Positions 1 to 13,134 of a stretch of 64,000 bases of DNA are shown here, piece by piece. Location of the stretch: contig NC_045697.1 in assembly GCF_009834535.1 (NCBI RefSeq), positions 7,070,001-7,134,000 on the forward strand, given 5' to 3'. The translations under genes and the position numbers were made by a program. Every line of letters starts with the position of its first letter. Position 1 is the stretch's first letter. Source of the stretch: Camelus ferus (taxonomy: Eukaryota). The notes below the pieces were generated by a model, which worked only from the letters and a program-made list of their open reading frames with translations, was not told where the DNA came from and did no database searches.

Positions 1-340
1 AATGTGGTTCCCACAAATACTGACATGACTTACTTCCATACCTTGCTCAAATGCCTCCTTCACAGTGAGACTTCCCTAGACTTTGCCTACAAATGACACC
101 ACCCTTTTCTTCCTAACTCCTGCACTTCTGATCTCTCGTCCCTGCATAATTTCCCTGAAACTCTAATATCTATGCAATATGCAGTATAGTTTACTTATGA
201 ATTTGTTTATTTCCCCCCATTTCTCCAAATCCCAGAAGGTAGAGTTCAGGAATTGTTGCCTCTTATAATCTCCTATATTTTCGGCACCTTGTAGGTAGTC
301 AGCACTCACTGCATGTTCTTAGGAAGCGTGAACAAATGAA
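1..340 (+). mobile_element. L2 3' end
   Basis: gctcaaatgcctccttcacagtgagacttccct...gtgaacaaatgaat tail. Confidence 0.6.
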
Positions 341-690
341 TCCCCATTTCACGGATGAGGACACTGAGAAACATAATTTAATACCTTGCCCAATGTCATA
401 GTGCAAGACATTAGAGGACTGGTTATTCAAAGGCCATCAGCTGTCTGGCCCCAGATCTGAGCACGTATCACTCTCCTCCACTGTCTTCCCCTGAAACAAC
501 GACTTGGAGATCATAGATCTTTAAATCAGCATTGACCTCTGGTCAACATACCTGTGTGACTTGAGCAAGGTCAATTTCTCTAACTACAAAATGATCATAG
601 TATCAACTCTGCAGAGACTGCAAAAACACACACAAACGAAGCTGCAGCCTCTGGCACACAGTAGGTTTTCAATAAGTAAGTGGGTCAAGT
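341..690. mobile_element. Two MIR SINE fragments in opposite orientation (representative; many more MIRs occur, e.g. ~7.95k, 11.3k, 14.9k, 18.4k, 27.4k, 44.1k, 46.8k, 58.3k, 63.2k)
   Basis: MIR core ccccatttcacggatgaggacactgag...cttgcccaatgtcatag and ctgtgtgacttgagcaag...cctctggcacacagtagg. Confidence 0.7.
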
Positions 691-1204
691 TTAGTCTTAT
701 TATCAAGATTATTATTGTGACTATGATGGACAAGGTACCACCGCCTACGGCCCTGGAATAAAACCAGCGTCTCTCAGGTGCATCCGGTGCCTGGCTTCAT
801 TGTTCTCTTGCAAAGGCAGAGACTCCGTTCTGCATAGACTGCAGACCCGGAATGCTAATTTCTCTCACTTTCTGTCCCTGCCCCTGGTTTAGAATGGCAG
901 GCCGACCGGAGGGACGCATACCCCGGTGAAGCTGTTTTGACTCTGACTTCAGGGCCCTTGAGAGCCACGTGACTTCCCAGGAATAAGTTTCTCACTTCTG
1001 ATCATTTTTTCCAGGGCCGAGCGAGCAGCCTCATGGCACCTCTCACCATTTCGCCATGAAGAACTCATCTGCGGTGGTGACAAAGGCTGCTGAGTGTGGA
1101 AGGAATCTGAAGTTGTTTATCGCACAACTGGGTTGGGGATTGTGGTTAGTTAAATGCCTCAGAAGTAAAAGTTGGTGCCAAACCTCTTACCCTCCCAAGT
1201 CGTT

Positions 1205-1495
1205 TCTTTTTTTTATTTTATTTATTTTTTTATTGAAGTGTAGTTGGCTTACAATGTTAGTTTCAGCAACTGTACAGCAAAGCACTTCAGTTATACATAC
1301 ACATACATGAATATGTATTTTTCAGATTCTTTTCCATTGTATGTTATTACAAGAAATTGAATATTGTTCTCTGTGCTATATAGTAAGTCCTTGTTGTTTG
1401 TTTTATATGTAGTAATTTGTATCTGTTAATCCCAAACTCCTAATTTATCCGTCCCCTGCCTTTTCCCCTTTGATAACCACCAAGTCATTTCTTAT
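1205..1495 (-). mobile_element. L1 3' UTR terminal fragment
   Basis: Poly-T then ttattgaagtgtagttggcttacaatgtt...atcccaaactcctaatttatcc, the reverse complement of the same 3' UTR seen at 57.3-57.6 kb. Confidence 0.88.
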
Positions 1496-2646
1496 AGTCT
1501 CTGAAATCTTCTTACTGGGGGTAATAGTACTAAAGAAAAGTTAAAGAAAAGGGAAACAAGACCAAAAAAAAAGTGGGGTTGAGGGGATAAGACAAACAAA
1601 TAAATTAACACCTTCCTTATTAAAAGAGGCTTCCTGAGAACCACTGAACTCTCCCAGGGCTCAGTAGCAAGGGGACCTCAATTTACATAGACATGTGGGA
1701 GTTAGAGCCCATCCCGCCTAAACACCTAAGGCAAAGTGCCTCCCATAACGGAGTTTAACCCTGGCTGGCTGTTGCTATGGAGGCTGTCTTGTTTATTGTT
1801 TCTGTTTGCCTTTGTCAAATGCTGTGCGTAGAAACAGAGTGTCCTGGGAGTTTAGAATGCAACCAAAAAAAAAAAAATCTATTATTGGCAAAAAGATTGG
1901 TTTTGGTTTTGCAAGGATTGGGATTATTTACTCTTCTGTCGGTTGGCTAGAGATGGGGAGCCCAGAAAGGAGAGAGCTGGACCCTCTCCTGCCTTCCCCA
2001 GAAGCAGCATGCGTGGCAGCCTCCTGGCGGTTTGATCCACACCCAGCTCTACCTGCCTCCCTCCAACAAAGCGAGAAGGGCCTGATCCACTTGCTGCAGT
2101 CAAGAGTTCCTTTCCTACCTCGGAAGGGCCTGGGGAGAGCCCTGGGTCCTTCTGCCAGCGGTGCAGGACTGACGGAGCCCAGTAGGTCCATGTGGGCGTC
2201 ACAGTACAGAGCCCTGTCGACCATCTCCATTCATGGCTGGTCCAGCTTGGGCGAGTTCCCAGTCCCCTGTCTACTGCTTGCTCGCTTTGAGCCGGTGCTT
2301 GCTAAGCACTCTACACGCGTCTCTCTTTTATTCCTCACTTTGGTCGTGGGGCTGAGGGGCTGTTATCCTCAGTCGGCATGGAATTGAGCACAAGGGGGTC
2401 AATCATTTTCTCAGCTTCATCCACTCTGTAAGTGGTAGAGTTAGAATACGAACTAGGGCACTTGAACTCCAAAGCCACACTTTTAACCATTAGTCACTCT
2501 GCTCTCCTCTTGGGTCTAATACTTAATCTTTAAGCCCTGATCTTTAAGTTCCAGTGTTTCCTTTCTCTAGGATAAAGCCTTGCTCCTTGGACCTCAGGCA
2601 AAAATGGCGTTGGACTCCTCCGATCTTAAATGTAGGTATTAGATCC

Positions 2647-2828
2647 TGTTTTCGTTTCTTAGGTCTGGTATAACAAAGTGTCACAAACTGGGGGCCTAAA
2701 TGGCAGAAATTTACTCTTTCCTCGTTTTAAGTAATTCTATCTGCAAAGACACTATTTCCACATAAGTCCAGCGTCTGAGATTCTGGGTAGACATGAATTT
2801 CAGGGGGATGTTTATTCCATCCACTACA
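2647..2828 (-). mobile_element. MLT1 (MaLR) solo LTR, internally deleted
   Basis: Starts tgttttcgtttcttagg...ataacaaagtgtcacaaactggggg and ends tctgcaaagacactatttccacataag...ccactaca. Confidence 0.7.
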
Positions 2829-2833
2829 GACCT

Positions 2834-3231
2834 TGTTATGGTTTAAATTGTATCCCCCCAAAATTCATATGTTCAAGTCTTAACCTCTAGCACCACAGAT
2901 TATGATGTTATCTGGAAAACAGGGTCACTATAGATACAACAGAATGCAGTCGGCCCCTAATCCAATATGAATGGCATCCTTTATACAAAGGAGAAATTTG
3001 GACACAAACGGATATAGAGGGACGATGATGTGAAGACAGAAGGAGAAGACAGCCTCCAGGCCAAGGAGCGAGACCTGCAACAGATCCTCCCCTGAGAGCT
3101 CTCAGAGGAACCAAACCTGCCAACACCTTGATCTTGGACGTCTAGCCTGTAGATCTGTGAGAAATACATCTCTTGTGGTTAAGCCTCTGAGTTTATGACA
3201 CTTCGTTACGGCAGCCCTAGTGAACAAGCTC
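2834..3231 (+). mobile_element. MLT1B-like MaLR solo LTR
   Basis: tgttatggtttaaattgtatcccccc aaaattcatatgtt...ccaacaccttgatcttggac...gttacggcagccctag. Confidence 0.85.
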
Positions 3232-3544
3232 AGAGGGGATCCGCCAAAGAGCCAGAAGGAAGGTTGGAGAGGACAGTTAGAGAAAAGAAAGAGACGGCCA
3301 GGTGTTTCCTTAAACAGAAATGAACCCAGTTACACCAGCCCTAAGAAATCAATACACATGTGCCTACATTTTAGATCAAAGAAATTGAACACAGCTTTTG
3401 CAAGAGGTCCATGGATCAAGTTCTAGTCCCAGAGAAAACTAACACAGACCCCAAGAACTGTCCCATAATCGTGCTGTGCTCTGATTCTTCAGATTCTTAA
3501 ATTATTGACCGACCTAATGATGGTTTCCTTCCCAACAGTCATCC

Positions 3545-4100
3545 TTTCATTCATTCGAGAATTATTTATTTAGTACTTCACTCCATGCCAAGCAAAGTGC
3601 AGTGCCCTTGGGGTCCCATAGTGAACTCAGGGGACCTTACTAGGGTCTAGCCAGAGAGACAGACAAGGAAAGGGACAAAAACCAGGGCTGGGGTGCAGGC
3701 TTATAGGCACAGTGACAGGGCTAAGCATGGAGTAAAAGGGAAGCACATAGAGTGCAGGGAGGTGCCCAGCCTGAGATGTAGATCTGCGGGCTGGCCTGAG
3801 TAGTGATGTCAAAGATAGACCTCAAAGGATGGATAGGTATTTTGCAGGTGCATAGAAGGGATAAAGGAAGGTTGCAGCCGGAGAACGTGTGAAAATGCAC
3901 GAGGGAGCACAGTGCACTTTTGAAATCGCAGCGAGCTCAGTTTGTCCAGAGGAGTGGTGCAGTCAGAAGCCAGGTGGTGAAGTCACCTCTTTACAGAGAG
4001 AATTTGGCTTTATCCTGAGAGGGAAGAGAAACCCCCTGGCAGAGGAGTGACAGGTCAGCTCTGAGCTTCAGAATGATGTTCTGCTGGCTCGAGCTGAGGG
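3545..4100 (-). mobile_element. L2 3' fragment
   Basis: ttcattcattc...tttatttagtac...ccatgccaagc...tggctttatcctgagaggga. Confidence 0.6.
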
Positions 4101-5939
4101 AGGGGATGTGAGGGGACAGGGCGTGGGCAGAGGGCTTCCCAAGCCCTGCCCCGCTGCCCCCAACTTACTTCTCTACAGCCCTCGGCTTGCTGGCTGGTCC
4201 TCGCTCACCCGGGGTTGTTATCAAAACTCTAAGGATAAGGGAAAGCTCAGCCAGGAGTCAGGAGACATCCAGGCCAGGGATTCCTTGGTTCCAGAGCTGG
4301 GAGAAGCTGATCTCGCAGCTGACGGGACTTTGATAGCTGCAGCTTCCTGGGACAGAGGCTGATTCATCAGCACAAAACACCCCCATGAACCCTGCAGGTG
4401 GGGTCTTCTGGATACAATCAAATTGTGTGACCTCAGCTCAGTCATGTATCTATTCCAGACCTGTTTCCCGATCTTGAAGGTTTAAAAGTTAGGCTAGGAT
4501 AACTTTAAGGCTACTACTAAAATGTTCAGTGTTTTATGCAAAGTAAACATCATGACGGAATGGCTAAAGCTTTTCATTTGCTGCGCCTTTGCTTAATGAA
4601 AAGAACAGTGCGGCTGGGAACAAACTGGAATTTGCATTTTTGAGCCCCTCCCATGTTCTAAGGACCCGCTCATTGTCTTACATTTATTATGTTCCTCATC
4701 AAAGCTTTTTCTGACTACCCGGGTTATCACATTAATGGAATTTATCGCATCTTGCTACTGAATTCGTATATGCATGTGGTTACTTACGTCTCTTTACTGG
4801 GACCTTGGTTGTTTCGTGCTATAGCTCTTGAATAAAGCCTGGCACATAATAGCTTCTTAATAAACGTGTGTGGAACAAACTCTGATCTTGCTGGGTTATC
4901 ATTGCTGGGCATGGGGACAGTCTCAGAAAGGCCAAGTTACGCGAGGTTGCACAGAGTGAACTCGGAGTGGAATGGCTGAATTCAAATCCAGGTCTGGACT
5001 GTAAATCCTACAGTGTCTCCCTTCCATTGCCAGGTCTTTTCTTATTCAGCTGCCTTTATTCCTAAACTCAACTTCCTAATATTCAAGAGAAAAAGGAAGA
5101 ATCTGGGGCTAGGATGTCTGTGTTTGCTTCAGGAAATATGTAACACGACAGTATGAACATGATAACGAGGAGAGACATTTTTAAAACTCTGAAGCTCATT
5201 ATCACCTTACTCTTAACAGTCCAGTGCGAGCACGTGTCAGTTCTCACTTAACACTTCTTTCATTTTCCCCCTTTAGTTGGACGCAGGAGAGAGAGTCTAT
5301 TGTGAGAGAGAATCATTGCCCCCATTCCTTTTTCCTTGAAGACGGGACAGAGCACTCAGTTTTGAAGAACTCCCTTACCCGATTAGTATCATTTTGTGTA
5401 GTGTTTCTGGAGTCCCGGATTGCAAACTTCTGAAAGCTGCAGAGACCTCTTAAACATTCGATTCTCTGAGTCAAAAGAAATGAAAGAGACAGCAACTTAA
5501 TTCTTCACTGATAAAATATAATCGAGCTCTGGTTTGGAGTTTGGGGAGAAAACCACCATTCCCCAATTAATGCACACTGCGATTTCATACATAATTCTTC
5601 AGCTGTACACCCTGAACTCCATTTTCCCTGTCTGGGATTGTGTGAAAGAACAGAGCTGTGAACACAGAGTGCTACCCTGGCCCCAGCATGGTCACTTTAT
5701 GGCTAGCCGTCCTCTGGGTTTGGCTTGGTCTGAGGTTCGCTGCAGTCAGCCCAGCCCAGAAGCTCTGCAAGCCAGCCAGAAGTCCAGACAGCCAGCTGTA
5801 GACGCCCTGTATGGAGAGGCCCAGTCTGTGTGGTCTTTGCTGAGAGAGTGAATTGCTGTTTTGAATAACTGGCAGTAGATGTCATTGGAATTAAAATTAT
5901 AGTTGAACTTATTTGTGTGTTAAATCATTCTACAGTTAC

Positions 5940-6509
5940 TGAAGTAGGCAGCTTCTGAATTGACTGTCAGTGGTCTCCACCCCCGGGTTTTCACTACATG
6001 CGTAACCTCCTCCCCGTGAGTTTGGTCTGGACCCAAACCAGTGACTCACTTCTAACCAATGCAAAACGGCAAGAATATGGGATGCTGCTTCCCAGATGAG
6101 GGTATGGAGATCGTGACGTTCATCTTGCTGGTTTTCTTACTGTGTCTGGCTCACTCTGGCTCCTCTCACTTCTATGAAGCAAGCTGCCCACGGAGCGGTC
6201 CGGGTTGCCACAAACTGAGGGTAGCCACTAGCTAACAGCCAGGGAGTAACCAAGGCCTTCACCACAACAATCCACAAATAATTGACCCTAATAAAAGCCA
6301 AGTGAGTGAGTCTGGAAAAGTTTAATTCCCTTGTCAAGCCTTAAGATGACTCAAATTGTCTTGCTCAACAACTGGATTCCAGCCTGTAAGGGATTCTGGC
6401 CCAAAAGAGCCAAATAAGCTTGACCCAGAGAAAACGTGAGATAATAAATGTTGTCTAAAGCCACTCAGTTTGAGGGCAGTTTACTATCCGGCAAGAGATA
6501 ACTAATACA
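5940..6509 (+). mobile_element. MLT1 (E/F/G-like) MaLR LTR
   Basis: tgactcacttctaaccaat...gtgagataataaatgttgtctaaagccactcagtttgagggcagtttactat...gataactaataca. Confidence 0.8.
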
Positions 6510-6514
6510 GACAA

Positions 6515-7900
6515 CTTTTTACCTTAAGAAATTACCCAAAGGACTGTTGGAATCAATGAGAGTTCAGTAAACTGAATGAATGGTAAACATATATTTAGCA
6601 AAAAACTAGATTTAAAAATACTTAATCAGAAAATATATCATTAACTGTAGCCAAAGTAATAAAATATTAAAAGTAATTTCAATGGGAAATATGAGGGGAT
6701 ATTTGTGGAAAACAACAAAATATTACTGAAAAACAGGAAACAATACTTGAGTCATCAGCATATAGTTCATACTTCTGATGAGAAGACTAAAGATTCCAAA
6801 CCATGATTTATTTTCATGTAACTTTAAAGAAGCATGTGATTTTTATCAAAATCATGACAGATTGTCTACTTAACCAAGAAAGATTAATCCAAATTTATCT
6901 TGTAAAAAATAAGTTTATTAAAATAGCAGAGAATTTTATTTTGGAAACAGAAGTCCATCGTGGGATAACTGAGCTAATCAGAAATTAAAATTCTACAAAG
7001 CTGCAAAAATCGAAAGGGTGTGATTCTGACCCAGACCTAAAGAAACAAATGAAAGGGACAAAATATATATACCAGACACAGAATTCCTAGACCATAACAA
7101 TTTTGTACTTCTTAGATAAATTTATCAGAATGTCAGATCAGAGTGCACATAAGTAAAAACAAAGTAATGAATAAATAAACCTAAGGTATATAAAAAGACA
7201 TTGTAGATTTATTACTGATAAATCATATTTTTAGGAAACATAGAATAGAGTTGTTATCAATAGTGAACAGCTAGCCCAAACAAATCAATAGGAAAGATAC
7301 TTGGAATGTCTACAGATAAATGAGAAAATATCTCTCCATTAGTGGAAATGCATTTGTTTAAAAAGCAATGGGAAGATGTTCAAACTCACCAGTCATTCGA
7401 GCCATGCAAAATTGAAATCATTGCAATGAAATCTCATTGCTTAAATATCAAATTTGCAAAGAGATTTTGTAAATGTCAGAATGAAATGCTTTCAAGTGTA
7501 CTAAAAGATTTTTAAAAATCTCATGCATTGCTAATTTTTGTGTAAATTGGTGTAACCCCTTGGGAGTGCAATCCAGCAAGATGCATTGTAAGTTTTATAA
7601 ATATCCCTCATATTTCATGTGATAGTTCCATTTCTCAAATGTATCCTTAAAAAGAGACTATATGTAAACATATTCATCATGCTATTATTTGTAATTGCAA
7701 AAATCTTAAAAGACCTTAAATGTCAACAAAGAGGATTGATTACACATATCCTCTTATTTTTAGCCCTAAAAAGGATCTTTGAATGTGAATGTTGTATCAT
7801 GAAAATGTCTTATCCTGAATGACAACTTAAATAAAGTAGAACAGGCAATTGCCCGTATTTGTTGGACGTGTATATATTAAGATATAGATAGTAATGCACA
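6515..7900 (+). mobile_element. Highly decayed ancient L1 (L1M/L1ME-like)
   Basis: A-rich sequence with degenerate ORF2/3' motifs (gggaagatgttcaaactcaccagtcatt, tgtaaattggtgtaacccctttggg, tattcatcatgctattatttgtaattgcaaaaa). Confidence 0.65.
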
Positions 7901-8246
7901 ACATAGTTTTCAAGCTTAGATTGTAAAGCATATATTAAAGTAACGATAGCTAAGAGCTCTGTATGCTTTATCCTGAAATGGACTAAGGCTTCACAATTAA
8001 ATTCTCACAACCCTACCAGGCAGGTGCTGGTAGCACCTTGAGCTCACATATGAGGAAACCATCAGAAAGACATCAGAACTCACATCCAAAGTCAGACAGC
8101 TGCTAGCCGGAAGATAGATTTGAAACTTATCTCCCTCAAAAGAAAGCCCACATTCTTAATCTATGTCTTTGATCTATATGTCTTTAGAAGAAACAAAAGA
8201 AAACATACACCCAAATAATAATAAGGACTCTTTTTGACTGATAGGA

Positions 8247-8335
8247 ATGATGATGATGACGATGATTATGATGATGATGATGATTATCATCATTTTCATT
8301 GTCAAAGCATCATCACCATCCTCAACATCATCTTA
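8247..8335. repeat. (GAT)n tract followed by a degenerate (CAT)n tract
   Basis: atgatgatgatgacgatgattatgatgatgatgatgattatcatcat...catcatcaccatcctcaacatcatc. Confidence 0.9.
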
Positions 8336-9913
8336 CATTCTTGTATTTTCTAAGTTGTAGTTAGTGAATATATATTCATCATTAATTATTTTATATTATG
8401 GAGAAATAATAAAAATGTCACGTGATTATTTTTGGAATGAATTTCTTTGCTACACATATGAGGAGATATAAGAAGAATATATAACCTGCTCTAACTGATA
8501 GAAGAGGAGAGGTTCACATGGTAAGTCTTGGGGTCAGAGGTGGCCCAATCAATATCTCTACACGGACTTGTCTCGTGCCTCCCTTCTTTTACCTGTTTCC
8601 ATAAATGAAGTGGTTGAAGTGTATTATTTTGAGGCTACCTTCCAACTCCATTATCCCAGGATTTAAATATTGTCATTTAAACACTAATACTTGTCTTCCC
8701 TAATAGAAATCCATTTTGTGCCCCAATAATCACATATCTATTTTTCTACAATAGAAGTATACACTTTGGGAAAATGTTAGGGTTTCCTACACAAAAATGT
8801 TTTCCTTTATGTTTTTTATAAATTAAAAATTCCATCACAGAAAGAGCTTTACCCCAGAGGGCTAATTCATCTTTACCTCCATCCCATGTACTGGTCTGTA
8901 AGCTACCAGTAGGATCCTCCTCTTCCAGCCTCACTGGGTAATTGTGCTTCCATGATGAATTTCAGGGACTGCTAGGATGCAGTGGCTCTTTATTTGATTT
9001 AGACAGAAGCACTCTGCTCCTACTAAGGACCACACCCCGTCCGAGGTGCAGGGGCTGGAGAACATTTTCAAGTACAAGTTAGACATTTCTGTGAATTTTC
9101 TGCTTCTGAAACTCTCTCACTGTTTAGTTTTGTTTTATTTTGTTTTGTTTTGTTTCTGACACATCTCCCTTGGAAATGGATGGACAGTGCTTCAACTCCC
9201 AGTTTTGTCATTTTATTAGCTGTTTGTTTTATGTCCCTCAGCATCCCTGAACACCACAGAGCAATCTTCATTCGTGTAAGAATTTTCATGAACACTTACA
9301 GAAAATATATAAACATCTAGGCTTCAGATCTCCCATATTTACTTATGCTATCAGGCAACAACTCAGCTTTGGAGAAACAAAATGACATTAATAACCTTAA
9401 ATTAGCTACCTCTTTGACATTTGATAGGATCTTTTCCACTAAATTATTACTGTGAGTTCAAGGAATTCCCTTTTATCTTTCTAGAATTACTATAAATGGG
9501 GCTTTCAATAAAATAGAAGTGCTAATGCAGTCAGTTATGCTCCATTATGCCTGTTTCTGGAGAAAATGTGCATAAAATACCAAGTGGTAGAATAATGGAT
9601 CCAAAGCAAGTTCAAAAGGGAAGCTTTTGAGTTCAGGTTTGGGCATGTTTAGTTTGAGATCCTTGTGAAAAAATCCAATGTAGGAGTTGAGTAGACAGTC
9701 TGGAGCTCTGGATCTGAGTCTGGAGTCATCAGCACATGACTTTTGAAACTGGTAGTGGGTGAGATCACGCAGAAGAAAATATACAAAGATAAAAGTACCT
9801 GGGGAAAAGTAATATTAAAAAACTCCAACAGTCAACTGTGGGATGGTGGAGAACAATGCACAGAACACAGGCATAGAAAGGGTAGTAAAAGAGTGGGAAA
9901 AAAAAAAAAGAAA

Positions 9914-10555
9914 TAGTATTCCATTGTATAAATATACCACGTCTTCTTTATCCAGTCATTTGTCGATGGACATTTAGGCTGTTTCCATGTCTTGGCTATT
10001 GTAAATAGCACTGATGTGAACATTGGGGTGCAAGTCAACATAATGCCATTTGCAGTGACATGGATATCCCTGGATGATGTCATTCTAAGTGAAGTAAGCC
10101 AGAAAAGGAAAGAAAAATACCATATGAGATCGCTCATATGTGGAATCTAAAGGAGAAAGAAAGAAAGAAGGAAAGAAAGAAAGAAAGGAAGGAAGGAAGG
10201 AAGGAAGGAAGGAAGGAAGGGAGAAAGGAAGAAAGAAAGAAAGAAATTAACATAAATACAAAACAGAAACAGACTCATAGACATAGAATACAAACTTGTG
10301 GTTGCCAGGGGAGAGGCGGGTAGGAAGGGATAGACTGGGAGTTCGAAATTTGTAGATACTGACAGGCATATGTAGAACAGATAAACAAGATTATACTATA
10401 TAGCACAGGGACATATATACAATATCTTGTGGGAGCTCAGAGTGAAAAGGAATATGATAATGAATATATGTATGTTCATGTATAACTGAAAAATTGTGCT
10501 CTACACTGGAAATTGACACAAAATTGTAAACTGACTATAACTCAATAAAAAAAAA
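9914..10555 (+). mobile_element. 5'-truncated, 5'-inverted L1 (twin priming) with 17-bp TSD
   Basis: 9914-~10032 is the antisense ORF2 C-terminal region (CTPMFTSVLFTIAKTWKQPKCPSTNDWIKKTWYIYTMEY on minus). ~10036-10555 is the sense ORF2 end plus 3' UTR, ending in aataaa and poly(A). The TSD g(a)12gaaa lies at 9897-9913 and 10556-10572. Confidence 0.9.
10155..10245 (+). repeat. Compound (GAAA)n/(GGAA)n microsatellite inside the L1 3' UTR
   Basis: gaaagaaagaaagaaggaaagaaagaaagaaaggaaggaaggaagg... read directly. Confidence 0.95.
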
Positions 10556-12249
10556 GAAAAAAAAAAAAGAAAAGCACCACAAGAAAAAAAAATCTCACAA
10601 TCTCCAAGGAAAGGCAATATTTTGAAGGAATTTGGTGAATTCTGGCAAATCCTGAAAAATCAAGCCAAATGAAGACTAAAAAGTGTTTTTAGATTTTGCC
10701 ACAAAGTTGTTGAGTCTGTGGTAGACAAGTTTGTTCTTTTCCTCACACAGTACTCCTCTTCATGGGGAACTGTTCTCTTCACTTTTGTCCCTTTGTAAAA
10801 AAAAAATCTCTTTCCTCCCTACTCAACCTCTGTGGTTACTCTGGGAGATGCCCACTGGTACAACTTCATCCCAACTCCTGGCCATAGTTGATTGAGTCAA
10901 GGAAAAGCACCAGGCCCATAAGAATACTTAGCTGGCAATTGGGAATTAAATCAATATTCAAGCTAAGCTCGACTGGTATCTTGAATTAAGGAGAAGTAAA
11001 CCGAGAAAGTGTTGACTGTGGCCATTTTTGCTCCATCCCGTCTATAGAAAAGTGAAAAACTTTCTGCAGCAAGAATGTATGATGGTGTATGAGTTTGAGT
11101 GCCCAACTCTTCCAAATTTCTAACTTCATTCTGATCTCGGTTTCCACAAATCTATGTCATTTTTGCCTCAGTTATTTCAGGTATGACTTTGTTATTTATA
11201 AAAATAGTATTTAGAATAAATAAATTCACGCTATGATAGTTAACACATATTATGAAAAAGTCACACACTATTTGGTCTACTTCTATCCTCACAATAGCCG
11301 TATTATTAGCTCATTTTAGACAGGGAAAGTGAGGCATATGGAGGTCAAGTAACTTGTTTAAAGTCATGCAGCCAGCATACAGCAGAGCTAGGAATTAACA
11401 TGTATATTCTATATCCTCACTCCATACTCTTAACCACGAGACTATACATTCACCACAAGACCTATTATAAGTAGCAGATGCTTATAACTGGCAGGGTATT
11501 GGGCAGTGGAAGCAATGACAACATATTCCTTCTGGACTAGGAAGCTTGCCATTCTTGTTGTGTTGAAGTGGACTAATCATGTAAGCTCTTATCTGTTGAT
11601 TTGGGGGCTTGGATGTGTGTAAGAAGGCTAATGCTTAAAGCATTTTATCAAGTCATTATACCGTGTGTGTAGTTATTGATGGCATCCTATAAGATCCTAT
11701 AAGAGAAATATTCTCCATTTCAAGCTGTTCTTCCTTAAAGCAAAAAATTGAATATCAGGACGAGAACCTATCTTTAGTGAGAAGGGGATTTTCCGTTCCT
11801 AGAGATCTGAGAGTCCAGGTAACTGTAATAATGGAAATGGAAATATGGATTAGGGATAACTGGAAGGTGTCAGATGACTTAAGACAACCTGAACCAGCAT
11901 GTCTCTCCAAAGGACTTCTGCTTATGCCCCTCATCTTATGGGACCAATGTATTAAAGTCTTCCTTCTAAAGTGGGAAAGTCTTTCCCAAGCACTCAGTTA
12001 GATCTGGTTCATAGCATGGCAACAGTCTACAATAGATAATAAATACTTCCAAGCCTGGAAGTTTTATATGCAAAAGAAATCATCCCAATGGACATTGTTG
12101 GGTGCAGCCTTATGACTGGCCACGCATCTCACCCCTTTATCAAAGAGATAGTTCAGGATTTTTAGTTATGTAGAGTAGGAAAGTTTTGAAATTATGTTTG
12201 TGAAAAGAATATGTAATTGAAAACCAAGAGGTAAGTCTAGTGAACACCC

Positions 12250-12800
12250 ACTGCTTTGTCTACATAGCATCTACCACATTCCTGGGGATTTCTGCTTTTC
12301 TGAGATCTGTCCCTCCCTCCCCAATCTAGTGGCATGGTTATCAGGCTGGGATTCTGTGCGATTACCCAGTGAGACCCCAAACCCTGATCACAACTAGTCA
12401 GTTCATAAATTGGTGTCTTCCTCAAGTTAGGCCAGTTAAAAAGATACTCAGGGAATATGAAATCCACCTGAGAGATGACATTTAGGACTGGCTACTCTCT
12501 TTAACTGGAGTGATGCAACCCAGAGGATTCTGACTTCTACCATTTTTTTCTGTCTTTCAGAGTCACATACAGAGACAGTCAGCTTGCGGCAAGAGAGAAG
12601 AAACGAAGGAAACATGTGGAGAGACCCAAAGAATGAAAGACATGGTTCTAGGGATGGCCAAGGTTTTGGTGGACTCCATTCTTGGGTTCTGTGAGATACT
12701 CTGTATTCTATTTATCACTTTCCTTTTTAGTTTGTGAGTTATTCAATTTGGATTTAATTTGGGTTTCTGTTGCTCGTCACTAAATGTTAGCATCCTAATA
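12250..12800 (+). mobile_element. Old ERVL/MaLR-type LTR (subfamily unresolved)
   Basis: Typical 3' end tttgggtttctgttgctcgtcactaaa...cctaataa; internal ctcaagttaggccagt. Confidence 0.45.
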
Positions 12801-13134
12801 AAATCTTCAGTAAGAAAGTTTCAGTGAAGTGGTAGGGGTGGAAACCAGACTGAAGTGAAAAAAAGAATGACTAGAAATGAAAGAATAGATATGTGGCAAC
12901 CTTTTCAAGAAACATGGTAGTACAAGTAAACCTGGGGCAGATCTAGTGTGTAAGGAGTATGGTAAAGACAGCTAGTGACCACGGAATGTGCTTCTCCCCT
13001 TCAGTGGTGTGGATTTGTTGCTGTAAAGCAGCTGCCTTTAGGATGCTCTGGGTTTGTTTCCTTCTGCTTATATTATTTTAGGGTGTTAATGTTAACAGTG
13101 AAGACCCAAGAGCGTGCTTGAATTCTGATGAGAA

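Noticed and set aside
1806..2387. 193-aa ORF
   Set aside because: Non-ATG start, passes through a poly-A run, and shows no recognisable homology or exon structure.
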